Below the pieces are notes generated by a model, which saw nothing but the letters and a program-made list of their open reading frames with translations, had not been told where the DNA came from and made no database searches. A stretch of 64,000 nt of DNA from Oscillospiraceae bacterium (GTDB taxonomy: Bacteria > Bacillota > Clostridia > Oscillospirales > CAG-272): the NCBI GenBank assembly GCA_015064315.1, contig SVSL01000003.1, positions 1,258 to 65,257 of the forward strand. Direction: 5' to 3'. The position numbers were made by a program, and so were the translations under genes. Shown piece by piece: positions 10,957-19,552 of the stretch (its first letter is position 1; every line of letters starts with the position of its first letter).

Positions 10957-11352
10957 ATGTTAGAAGTATTACCCATTCAGGATAAACAAGAGCAGGAAGC
11001 CCTCTGCGCACGCTGTGGGATTCCCTTTGAAACCGAGCTGCTGGCTTATAAGGCATTGGTGGACGGAGTTCTCAAGGGCGTTTGTCAATTCACCATGGAT
11101 CAGAAGGGCGGAAGAATCCTCCATTTTGCCCACGTTCCGGGCGCCTATGAGTTTGAGCCCATGTTTGTCATGGGACGCGCCGCTCTCAATTTTATTGATC
11201 TGTGCGGCGTGCATACCGCATTCTTCGACGCGGAATATGACAATGAGACCTTGATCAAAGCCGTTGGCTTCCGTAAAAATGCCGAGGATCGCTACGAAAT
11301 GGATCTGACCGACTTCTTCAAGGAGCCCTGTCAGCATTCCAAGCACGAATAA
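10957..11352 (+). CDS. Hypothetical protein
   Basis: 131-aa ORF with GGAG RBS, 3 nt after the rluB stop; host-like codons; no motif recognised. Confidence 0.75.
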   Translation: MLEVLPIQDKQEQEALCARCGIPFETELLAYKALVDGVLKGVCQFTMDQKGGRILHFAHVPGAYEFEPMFVMGRAALNFIDLCGVHTAFFDAEYDNETLIKAVGFRKNAEDRYEMDLTDFFKEPCQHSKHE

Positions 11353-11413
11353 AAAGCAGAAAAAAATCCGTTACTTCCCAAAGAATCGTCGGAATTGGTA
11401 AAAATTACCAGTT

Positions 11414-11483
11414 TTCGTCAAGATTTTTTGGGAAGTATTTTATTCGCAAAAGTATTGCAAATATTTCCAAAATATGGTAAAAT
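11414..11483 (+). promoter_or_regulatory. spo0A promoter region: 0A box and sigma-A-like promoter
   Basis: TTCGTCA at 11414-11420 (reverse complement TGACGAA, the 0A consensus TGNCGAA); TTGCAA-N17-TAAAAT with TG extension at 11455-11483. Confidence 0.6.
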
Positions 11484-11569
11484 ATTCCTGTCGAGAAAAA
11501 TACTGTAAAACAATAAAATGCATTTTTATTGAAAATCGGTAAAACAAGAAATCGGAGGAATGAACACAC

Positions 11570-12352
11570 ATGGAATACACCACCAAACTTTTGATCGCTG
11601 ACGAAAACCCCTCTTTTCGAGCATCCTTGAAGGATAGCCTTGTCCGTATGGGCTACCGTAACATTGAGGAAGCCGCCAACGGAGAGGAAGCGCTTTTGAA
11701 AATGGCACACTTCTATCCCGATATCGTTATTATGGACGTTTGGCTCTCCAAGCTGGACGGAATCGGCGTGCTTCGCGGCAGCCATTCCCTTGACTGGAGT
11801 CGCAGCAAGGAGCCTGCTTTTATCGTGGTCTCCTCGGTATCAAGCCAAAACATTTTCATTCAAGCCACCGAGGCAGGTGCCGAGCTGTGCCTGGTAAAGC
11901 CCTTGAATATCAATAGCCTTTGCGATCATATCCAAAGCATCCTTTCTCGCCGTCAGGATTCCGTTCCTGCCGCCGCCATGCAGACAGTGGGCAAGGAGCC
12001 TGATATTGAATCGCAGGTGACGCAGATCATCCATCAGATCGGCGTTCCCGCTCACATCAAGGGCTATCAGTATCTCCGCACCGCCATTCTTCTCACCATT
12101 AAGGACAATGATATCATCAATTCCGTTACGAAAGTTCTCTACCCGTCCGTGGCGAAGAAATACCAGACCACCACAAGCCGAGTCGAGCGTGCCATCCGCC
12201 ACGCAATCGAGGTCGCGTGGGACAGAGGCGACGTGGATACGCTCAACTCCTATTTCGGTTACACGATTCAAAACAACCGCGGTAAGCCCACAAATAGCGA
12301 ATTTATTGCGATGATTGCCGATAATTTGAGGTTGAAGTATAAGTTGTATTAA
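11570..12352 (+). CDS. spo0A: Sporulation master regulator Spo0A
   Basis: Receiver domain plus Spo0A_C signature [14 protein letters not shown]...[15 protein letters not shown]...[13 protein letters not shown]. Confidence 0.98.
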   Translation: MEYTTKLLIADENPSFRASLKDSLVRMGYRNIEEAANGEEALLKMAHFYPDIVIMDVWLSKLDGIGVLRGSHSLDWSRSKEPAFIVVSSVSSQNIFIQATEAGAELCLVKPLNINSLCDHIQSILSRRQDSVPAAAMQTVGKEPDIESQVTQIIHQIGVPAHIKGYQYLRTAILLTIKDNDIINSVTKVLYPSVAKKYQTTTSRVERAIRHAIEVAWDRGDVDTLNSYFGYTIQNNRGKPTNSEFIAMIADNLRLKYKLY

Positions 12353-12545
12353 GAGGAGCGAAAAAAAGGCTTATAACATAAGGCTTTTTTGCAATCAAAA
12401 AAGTATCAACTTTGTATCAATTATCCCTATGAATATCTTCAATTTTCAATAAAAAAGCGATCAAAAACCTATAAACTTTTTTCATCGAAGCTATGAATAT
12501 CTCTGCTTTATTGGGTAGAAATCAAACCTATAAAGAGGAGAATGT

Positions 12546-13538
12546 ATGATGGAAAATTTGAATTTCAGTTTTCAATTGGATGAGTTTATGCTCTTTTGTC
12601 GAAGCAGACAACTGCGAGAAAAGACCATGAACAGTTATGAACAAACGCTTCGTTTATTCGAACGATGGTGTTGGGAGCGGTTTCAGATTGAAAATGTAGA
12701 TCAGATTACCGAAAGTGTGGTGCGCCGTTATATCAACGATTTGATGGAGCGAGGCAAATATTCCTTTTACACCGATGACAAGAGGAAAACAATCAATTAT
12801 CCCGAGCGGAGACGTGATTTCCGGAATCCAATATCAATCACTACGATCAATAATTATATTCGCAACTTGCGCGTTTTCTTCAATTGGTTGGATCGCGATT
12901 ATCTATTGCCAAAGAATCCCATGAAAAAGATTCGGCAGCTCAAGAACAACAGGAAAGCCAAGGAATATATCTCCGATGAAGACTTTAAGAGGTTGATCGG
13001 TCTGTTAGACAAATCCTATTTCTCTGAGCACCGCGATTTTGTGATGATCATTCTCATGATTGACACCGGCATGAGGCTTGGAGAATGCAGCTTGCTTTTG
13101 GTTGAGGACGTGAATCTGGCAAAGAAACAAGTTTTTCTTCGAGCAGAGAATACAAAAGGTCGTAAGGATCGGATCGTTTTCTTTTCCCCAAAGACCGAAA
13201 CAATCCTGCGGCGATGGTTGCAATTCAAGGATCGATACGCGGAAAGCGATTATCTCTTCCCTGTTAAATACAGCGGCGCGGCAATCGGCGTATCGAATTT
13301 CGAAACGAATTTCAAAAAATATCTCAAGCGAGCGGCATTGAATGAAAGCATCTCGCCCCATTGCCTGCGAAACAATTTTGCCAAACGATGCTTGATGAAC
13401 GGAATGGATATTTTCACACTTAGCAAAATTCTTGGGCATTCGAGTGTACGAGTTACCGAGGAAGCCTATCTTGATCTCAATAGCGATGATATCCAAAAGA
13501 GATATCAGAATTTCAGCCCAATGGCAACAATCAAATAA
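12546..13538 (+). CDS. Tyrosine recombinase/integrase
   Basis: Catalytic set R (TGMRLGE), K (NTKGRK), HxxR (HCLR), H (LGHS), Y (EAYL); GAGGAG RBS. Confidence 0.95.
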   Translation: MMENLNFSFQLDEFMLFCRSRQLREKTMNSYEQTLRLFERWCWERFQIENVDQITESVVRRYINDLMERGKYSFYTDDKRKTINYPERRRDFRNPISITTINNYIRNLRVFFNWLDRDYLLPKNPMKKIRQLKNNRKAKEYISDEDFKRLIGLLDKSYFSEHRDFVMIILMIDTGMRLGECSLLLVEDVNLAKKQVFLRAENTKGRKDRIVFFSPKTETILRRWLQFKDRYAESDYLFPVKYSGAAIGVSNFETNFKKYLKRAALNESISPHCLRNNFAKRCLMNGMDIFTLSKILGHSSVRVTEEAYLDLNSDDIQKRYQNFSPMATIK

Positions 13539-13541
13539 GAG

Positions 13542-13582
13542 CAGAAAGAAGCGAGAACGAAAACCGTTCTCGCTTCTTTCTG
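13542..13582. terminator. Bidirectional hairpin between the convergent integrase and WYL genes
   Basis: 18-bp perfect stem cagaaagaagcgagaacg/cgttctcgcttctttctg. Confidence 0.8.
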
Positions 13583-14686
13583 TTATCTTTGATACAATCC
13601 TTGTATTTTTGAGAGATGCTTTTCAAGCTCCTCGATTACAGGAGCTGGGGAAAGGAGCTTTGCCTTGTTTCCAAAACCGCATAGCCATCCAAAGAACATT
13701 GGACTGATCTCAACAGAGACGGATACTGTAAAATGCCGGCTATCCTCGGTCAGATAAGAGGCATAGTTTCCAAAGCGATCCACAATCGAATCCAAAAGAT
13801 CGTTTGTAAACCGTATCCGAACCAGTTCGCGCCGTCCGGTGTACATAGAAAAGACGCGCTTGGAATAAGTATCAAGGTATTCCTTGAGATTCTGCGTCAA
13901 ATCATTTCCCTCTCGCGCCTCACCGGTAAGCTTTACCTTGTTCATACGGTCAATGCGATAGGTCAGGAGCCGCTTGCTCTTGTCATCGATGCCAAGCAGA
14001 TAGTAGTTTCCTTCATTTATCATAATCGCATGAGGGCTCACAACATAATCACTCCCCCGGCGACGCTCTACCCTTTGCGTGGGATTTTGAATCGTGCACT
14101 TCAAATATTTGAACCGGATCTTTTCAGGTGCGTGGGGCTTCCCTTCCTTATATTCTGCCATTGCGGAATGAATGAGATCCACGTTGTCGAAGAGCTTGGC
14201 GTTATCTGTTTTTTCTCGGGAAACAGCAAAGGCATCATGCTTGATCTGCTCACGTTGATGCTTGCTCAAAAGTCTTCCAACACTGTCCGCAATATATTGG
14301 GTATCACGTTCAGTGACAAAGCGAGCGGTGTGAAGCGCTTCCACCAACAGGCGCGCATCTGAGGGATCAATGGAGCGGCTTGCAACATAGTATCCGTTTT
14401 TCTTTTTGAATTTGATAGTTGCCCTGTCCGGATCTTCCTCCAAAAGCGCCTCTGCCTCTTGATGGTCAATACCCTCCTCCAACATAATCTTGGCGATATT
14501 GATTTCTCTGACATCCTTGTAAATCGAGCGGCACTCCACGCAAACATCACAACAATCTTTTAAATATGCCAAAAGATTTTTAATCTTCACATAATGATTC
14601 TCGTCTGAATGTTCAAGTAAATATTGCAACACAAGAAAATGTTGCATGCGCTGATTTAGTCTTCGATTATTGTTCTCTTTTGCCAT
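13583..14686 (-). CDS. WYL-domain transcriptional regulator (N-terminal wHTH, WYL, WCX)
   Basis: N-terminal VLQYLLEHSDENHY...RSIYKDV; YVVSPHAIMINEGNYYLLG; YRIDRM; C-terminal FFGWLCGFG...LLSP. Promoter TTGACT-N17-TATAAT at 14740-14712. Confidence 0.88.
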   Translation of the reverse strand: MAKENNNRRLNQRMQHFLVLQYLLEHSDENHYVKIKNLLAYLKDCCDVCVECRSIYKDVREINIAKIMLEEGIDHQEAEALLEEDPDRATIKFKKKNGYYVASRSIDPSDARLLVEALHTARFVTERDTQYIADSVGRLLSKHQREQIKHDAFAVSREKTDNAKLFDNVDLIHSAMAEYKEGKPHAPEKIRFKYLKCTIQNPTQRVERRRGSDYVVSPHAIMINEGNYYLLGIDDKSKRLLTYRIDRMNKVKLTGEAREGNDLTQNLKEYLDTYSKRVFSMYTGRRELVRIRFTNDLLDSIVDRFGNYASYLTEDSRHFTVSVSVEISPMFFGWLCGFGNKAKLLSPAPVIEELEKHLSKIQGLYQR

Positions 14687-14931
14687 ACAATCACCGCCTT
14701 TCGATGGCACTATTATATCATTTAAAAAAATCGAAGTCAATGCAAATATAAAAAATTTTAATATTAAAACCCTTCACCATTCTAAAAAATATAATAGAAA
14801 TATTTTACATAGTATTGATATTGTTCTTTCAATATGGTACAATTATAATGATGTATTTATTAGTGTTTCATTTTATCATATTTTGATTTCGCCATTTTTT
14901 ACTCCTTTCTTATCGCATTTTGGGAGCGGAG

Positions 14932-15375
14932 TTATGCACTCTCACCGTTAAGGATCTGATCGACTCTCTTCTGATACTCAAGAACCTGCGGAAAGGTCTT
15001 CAAAAACCATCTGCGGATTTCAACGTAGGACTTAGGCTCGGATTCCAGTCCGTCATCATGCTTCGGATTTCGAAGCAACCGATACTCTTCCTCCTGTTCC
15101 TCGTTTCCGTTGCTCTTGAGAAATCTTTCCATATATTCATAGGTCAGTCCTCTCAAGCTATCCTTACTTTCTTTGCGAGCGGAGCGCTTTTTGATCTCAC
15201 GAATCTTGATCTCATAGTTGGGGAAAATGCTTTGATACGCAAGGAACGCGTTGTACTCGTCGGTTCCATAAATGGAAGCTCTCTTTGCGATATTCTTGGG
15301 CATAACAATCGTCTTATTCGCGTGATCAATGTGGAATTTCTGCATCATTTCTGCATTTACTTTCTGATTCATCAT
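14932..15375 (-). CDS. Hypothetical protein carried by the element
   Basis: 147-aa ORF with AAGGA RBS and an extended -10 (TGcTATAAT) upstream; no recognised domain. Confidence 0.75.
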   Translation of the reverse strand: MMNQKVNAEMMQKFHIDHANKTIVMPKNIAKRASIYGTDEYNAFLAYQSIFPNYEIKIREIKKRSARKESKDSLRGLTYEYMERFLKSNGNEEQEEEYRLLRNPKHDDGLESEPKSYVEIRRWFLKTFPQVLEYQKRVDQILNGESA

Positions 15376-15630
15376 GGTATTTTACAATCCTTTCGTTTTA
15401 AAAAATTTTTTTATTTCAGGATTGGGTTGGCGCCTTCCCTGTCCTCTGTGCCTATATTATAGCACGCCTTAATGCAAATAGACACACATTCAAAGGCATT
15501 CTAAATATTTTTTTGATATTTTCTATATTGTGTTTTTATGAAAACTTGATCTTATTTAGACAAATATTGATTGTTAGTTGACTCATTTTCGATCCGATTT
15601 TAATATTTTTGATATTCATAGGTTTGACGC

Positions 15631-15659
15631 TTGACATCTGATCAAAAATATGGTAATAT
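15631..15659 (+). promoter_or_regulatory. Sigma-A-like promoter facing the duplicated spo0A 3' fragment
   Basis: TTGACA-N17-TAATAT with TG extension. Confidence 0.6.
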
Positions 15660-15719
15660 AAGATTACTCTATAAAGCACAGAGGATCATAGCTACGAATA
15701 AACCAATAGATTTTTGACG

Positions 15720-15920
15720 GCAAAGAAATACCAGACTACAACAAGCCGAGTTGAGCGTGCAATCAGACACGCAATCGAGGTCGCATGGGACAGAGGCGAC
15801 GTGGATACGCTGAATTCTTATTTCGGATATACCATTCAGAACAACAGAGGAAAGCCCACAAATTCGGAGTTTATCGCGATGATTGCGGATAATTTGAGGT
15901 TGAAATATAAGCTGTATTAA
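15720..15920 (+). pseudogene. spo0A: Duplicated spo0A 3' fragment (att-site remnant)
   Basis: Encodes AKKYQTTT...LKYKLY, identical to the last 66 aa of Spo0A; only a TTG at 15714 without a clear RBS. Confidence 0.85.
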
Positions 15921-15925
15921 AGAAT

Positions 15926-15960
15926 GCCCTGCGACAGATTTTGTCGCGGGGCTCTTTTTT
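15926..15960 (+). terminator. Rho-independent terminator after the second spo0A copy
   Basis: Stem gccctgcgaca/tgtcgcggggc followed by a T tract. Confidence 0.8.
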
Positions 15961-15994
15961 CACTCGCACACACTTTGAGAACCTAAACGCCTTG

Positions 15995-16042
15995 AAAAAG
16001 TTTTTTGCACCACTTCAAAAAAAGTTTTTTGCACCACTTCAA
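15995..16042. repeat. Perfect 24-bp tandem duplication
   Basis: aaaaagttttttgcaccacttcaa twice, just upstream of TTGACA-N17-TACAAT (16052-16080). Confidence 0.9.
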
Positions 16043-16132
16043 AAAATGCTATTGACATCCCCTTTATTTCATGCTACAATAAAATAATCAATCTATAATG
16101 ATGTTGTCAAGAAAATAAAGAAAGGCGATTTT

Positions 16133-17410
16133 ATGAAGCAATCTCAAAAGCGTTTGTATTCATCCCTTCTGGCGCTTCTGTTGTGCAATTCCATATTGCT
16201 GGCGAGCTGTCAGAAAAAAAGCGATCAAGAATCCGAATCCTCGGACGCCGCTACCGACGGTATCATTTCCTCGGAGCAAACGACCGATGAAAACCAGCCG
16301 AGCTCGCCCGTACCGGATGCCAACGGCTTGGAATATCAGTTGAACGAAGAAGAAAAGACCTGCACCATTACGGGTCTTGGCACATACGGCAAAAACGAGC
16401 TGATCATTCCGAGCTCCGTTGAAGGTCACACGGTAACGCGAATTGAAGACAAAGCTTTTTATAACTGCACAAATCTTACCGGCATTGCTCTGCCCAACAG
16501 TCTGACGAGTATTGGCAACCACGCCTTTTATGGATGCACCGCTCTGCAAAGCGTAGAGAATAACGTTGTTTACGTTGGAAACTGGGCAATCGGAATGGTA
16601 GACTATTCCACCGCCGCCATGCTTACAATTCGCGAAAACACCGTTGGAATTGGCGATTTTGCATTTCAAAGCCTCCTAAATCTTACCCACGTCATCCTGC
16701 CGGAAGGATTGCTTTATCTGGGGTGCGGTGCGTTTTGCTTGTCCGAAAACATCAAAAGCATCACCCTTCCGAACAGTTTGAAAGAGATTGGGATGGATGC
16801 CTTTGGGGATTGCTATGGCATTACAAGCATCACGATTCCCAATCAAGTGAACAAGATCGGCGATCACGCATTTGCCATGTGCAAAAATCTGAAAGAGATC
16901 GTGATTCCCGACAGCGTAACCGAAATGGGAGAAAGCGTCTTTTCGAATTGCAGCAATCTGGAAAGCGTTACGCTCTCCAAAAGCTTGAAAAGCCTTCCCG
17001 ATTGGATGTTTTATCAGTGCAACAAGCTTGTCAAAATGACGATTCCCGAAGGGGTCACCGAAATCGGAAGCTTTTTCTTTTATGAATGCGCCAATTTGGA
17101 GCAAATCATCCTTTCCTCAAGTGTCACGCAAATCTATGACTACGCCTTTGACAAATGTGACAATCTGAAAACGGTTTATTATACCGGTACCCGGGAGCAA
17201 TGGAATATCACCGTTGATTTTCCCAACGAGCCCTTTTCCAATGCAACGATCTGCTATTACTCCGAAGCCACCCCCTCAACGCAGGGCAACTACTGGAGAT
17301 ACGTGGACGGCGTACCGCAAATTTGGGATTCTTCCCCCACAAATGAATTCGTTTCTTTTGAAAAAGGCGAAGTCGGTGGTATCGAAGGCGGCGCAATTAT
17401 TGAATGGTAA
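16133..17410 (+). CDS. BspA-type leucine-rich-repeat lipoprotein
   Basis: Lipobox LASC; repeated L..I.IP.SVT.IG..AF..C units. Confidence 0.9.
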   Translation: MKQSQKRLYSSLLALLLCNSILLASCQKKSDQESESSDAATDGIISSEQTTDENQPSSPVPDANGLEYQLNEEEKTCTITGLGTYGKNELIIPSSVEGHTVTRIEDKAFYNCTNLTGIALPNSLTSIGNHAFYGCTALQSVENNVVYVGNWAIGMVDYSTAAMLTIRENTVGIGDFAFQSLLNLTHVILPEGLLYLGCGAFCLSENIKSITLPNSLKEIGMDAFGDCYGITSITIPNQVNKIGDHAFAMCKNLKEIVIPDSVTEMGESVFSNCSNLESVTLSKSLKSLPDWMFYQCNKLVKMTIPEGVTEIGSFFFYECANLEQIILSSSVTQIYDYAFDKCDNLKTVYYTGTREQWNITVDFPNEPFSNATICYYSEATPSTQGNYWRYVDGVPQIWDSSPTNEFVSFEKGEVGGIEGGAIIEW

Positions 17411-17415
17411 TCAAA

Positions 17416-17457
17416 AAAAGCATCGGTCTCTCAAAAATCAGAGAGACCGATGCTTTT
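17416..17457. terminator. Bidirectional terminator
   Basis: 17-bp stem aaaagcatcggtctctc/gagagaccgatgctttt between convergent genes. Confidence 0.85.
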
Positions 17458-17480
17458 CTATACTTCTTTTGAGAATATGA

Positions 17481-19181
17481 TCAGTCGATGGTCTTATCGA
17501 TGCGGAAGCGCATGATCTTGCGCAGAGTGTTCTTGGGGAATTCCTCCTCGCGGATCTTGAAAATGCCGATCTTCTTATAAGGAACGGCGGTCTTATTATA
17601 ATCGTTGATATGCGTGCGGGTATACGCATGAACGTCCTGAATGCCCTCCCTTTGCAGGAATGCGGCATCGTAAAAGACCTCGGCAACCACGGCGTTATGC
17701 TCCTGTCCGCGTTTGCTGATGCCCTCGTAAACCACCACGTCCAGAAGTCCGGGAATGCGGGATGCAAGGTCAAGCTCAATTTCCTCGGGGTAGACGTTCT
17801 TGCCGTTGGAAAGAATGATCAGATTCTTTTTGCGTCCCGTAATATACAGGTAGCCGTTCTCGTCGAATTTTCCATAGTCTCCCGTGAGGAAGTAGCCGTC
17901 GTTATCAAACGCGGCGGCTGTCGCCTCGGGATCCTTGTAGTAGCCCATCATGACGCACGCGCCCTTAACGATGATCTCGCCCTCGCCGTTTCCGTCGGGA
18001 TTCTTGATTTTTACCGTGGCGGCAGATACGGGATAACCGCATCGGCTGTTCTTGGTTCCATCGTTACGGTTGGCGGCGATCAGGGGCGCGCATTCGGTAA
18101 TTCCATAGCCGTTGATGACGGTAATGCCGAGTGCCTGGAAGAAATCCACCACGCTTTGGTTGATGGGGGCGCCGCCGCAGATAACGGTATTCAGCCTGCC
18201 GCCGAACGCCTTGCGAACTGCTGCAAAGAGCTGCTTACGCAGGTCGATCCTTGCCTTTCGCGCCACGTTGCTCACGCCAATGAGGCGGTTCATCATCTTC
18301 TCCTTTTTGCTCTTCTTCAGCGTATCCATGATCTTGCGGTAAAAGCTCTCCAAAAAGAGAGGGACCAAAATCAGATGGGTAGGCTGATGCTCCTGCATTT
18401 CCTTCATTAAATACTTAATACCCGAGGTAATATACACGTTAGAGCCTACCAAGAGATTTCCGAGAAGATTGATGGTGGAACCAAAGGTATGATGCGGAGG
18501 CAGAACACTGATGGAGCGATCTCCCACCGAGATCAACTGCAAGCCCGCATAGATATTGGTCAGAAGCGCGGTTTGAGAAAGCATAACGCCCTTTCCCTTT
18601 CCCGTAGTTCCCGAGGTAAATACCAGCAGGGCGAGAGCATCGGGGGCAATACGGGCATTCTCATACGTCCTGTCTCCCTCGGCTCTCCGTTCTCTTCCGC
18701 TCTCGATCCAAGCAGAGATCGAATGGGAAGAATTCGAAGGCTCCAAGCTCATAAGGCAGTCGATTCCTGCCTTATCACAAATTTCCCTTGCCTTGGTCTC
18801 CAAAAGCTCCTCCGCGCAAAACAGGCTCTTACATTCTGCAATCGCAGCCGTCTTTGCCAGATCCTCCTCAGTCCAATCGGGATCCAACGGCACCGCAACG
18901 GCACCTGCGGACAGCAGTGCCAGATAGGAGCATACCCATCCGTAGGAAAGCTTACCGATCAGCGCGGTATGTCCCTTATGCACGCCTCTTGAGATCAGCG
19001 CGGTGGAAAGACACCGAACGTCCTCTGCCAGCTGTGCGTAGCTGATCTGTTGTATCTCCGCATCCTTGGGAGAATGGCGGAAGGAATAGGCGATCCTGTC
19101 TCCGTAGGTAAGGGCAATATCCTCCACCAATTCACGGAAATTGATATAAAGCTTGCTTTGATTGAGTGGCATCTGTTTCAT
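17481..19181 (-). CDS. Long-chain acyl-CoA synthetase (AMP-binding enzyme)
   Basis: FTSGTTGKGKGV, GYGITE, TGDYG and ITGRKKNLIILSNGKNVYPEEIE motifs. Confidence 0.9.
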   Translation of the reverse strand: MKQMPLNQSKLYINFRELVEDIALTYGDRIAYSFRHSPKDAEIQQISYAQLAEDVRCLSTALISRGVHKGHTALIGKLSYGWVCSYLALLSAGAVAVPLDPDWTEEDLAKTAAIAECKSLFCAEELLETKAREICDKAGIDCLMSLEPSNSSHSISAWIESGRERRAEGDRTYENARIAPDALALLVFTSGTTGKGKGVMLSQTALLTNIYAGLQLISVGDRSISVLPPHHTFGSTINLLGNLLVGSNVYITSGIKYLMKEMQEHQPTHLILVPLFLESFYRKIMDTLKKSKKEKMMNRLIGVSNVARKARIDLRKQLFAAVRKAFGGRLNTVICGGAPINQSVVDFFQALGITVINGYGITECAPLIAANRNDGTKNSRCGYPVSAATVKIKNPDGNGEGEIIVKGACVMMGYYKDPEATAAAFDNDGYFLTGDYGKFDENGYLYITGRKKNLIILSNGKNVYPEEIELDLASRIPGLLDVVVYEGISKRGQEHNAVVAEVFYDAAFLQREGIQDVHAYTRTHINDYNKTAVPYKKIGIFKIREEEFPKNTLRKIMRFRIDKTID

Positions 19182-19474
19182 AAAAAACTCCTTTTTCATG
19201 AGCCGTTGCAGGCTCCTTTCCGATTCTCTTCTATTTTTCCATCAAACGCGTGGCTTGATGCAAAAAAGATCGTTTTCACCCCAAAAAGAGAAATCTATCA
19301 AAATTCAAAAGCTGTCAGATTGTATAAAATCGAAATTTCTTGGAAATTATACCATGAAAAGCGGCTCTTGTCAATGTTGACCGGTTAACATTTTCTTTTC
19401 GTCAACCTTTTATTTACAATTCCTTCATTTTCTCCCAAATCCCAAAATTTTTCCAAAAAAATGAGCGACACCTA

Positions 19475-19503
19475 TTGACAATCACTTGATTGTATGGTAT
19501 AAT
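19475..19503 (+). promoter_or_regulatory. Consensus sigma-A promoter of the P-type ATPase gene
   Basis: TTGACA-N17-TATAAT with TG extension; palindrome acaatca-ct-tgattgt in the spacer. Confidence 0.8.
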
Positions 19504-19552
19504 TTTGAAATGTAGTTCAGTCATATACAAAAAATCACAAATCAGGAGGTTC

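Larger units (their letters stand above)
12152..15920. mobile_element. Small integrative element in the spo0A 3' end (integrase, WYL protein, hypothetical), bounded by 201-bp imperfect direct repeats
   Basis: Repeats 12152-12352 and 15720-15920 encode the same 66 aa; the integrase lies next to the left copy; the interior is visibly AT-richer than the flanks. Confidence 0.88.

Noticed and set aside
15720-15920. Assembly duplication of spo0A or a second full spo0A gene
   Set aside because: The copies differ at 26 nt, all synonymous, so this is not a simple assembly repeat, and no receiver-domain sequence lies upstream.
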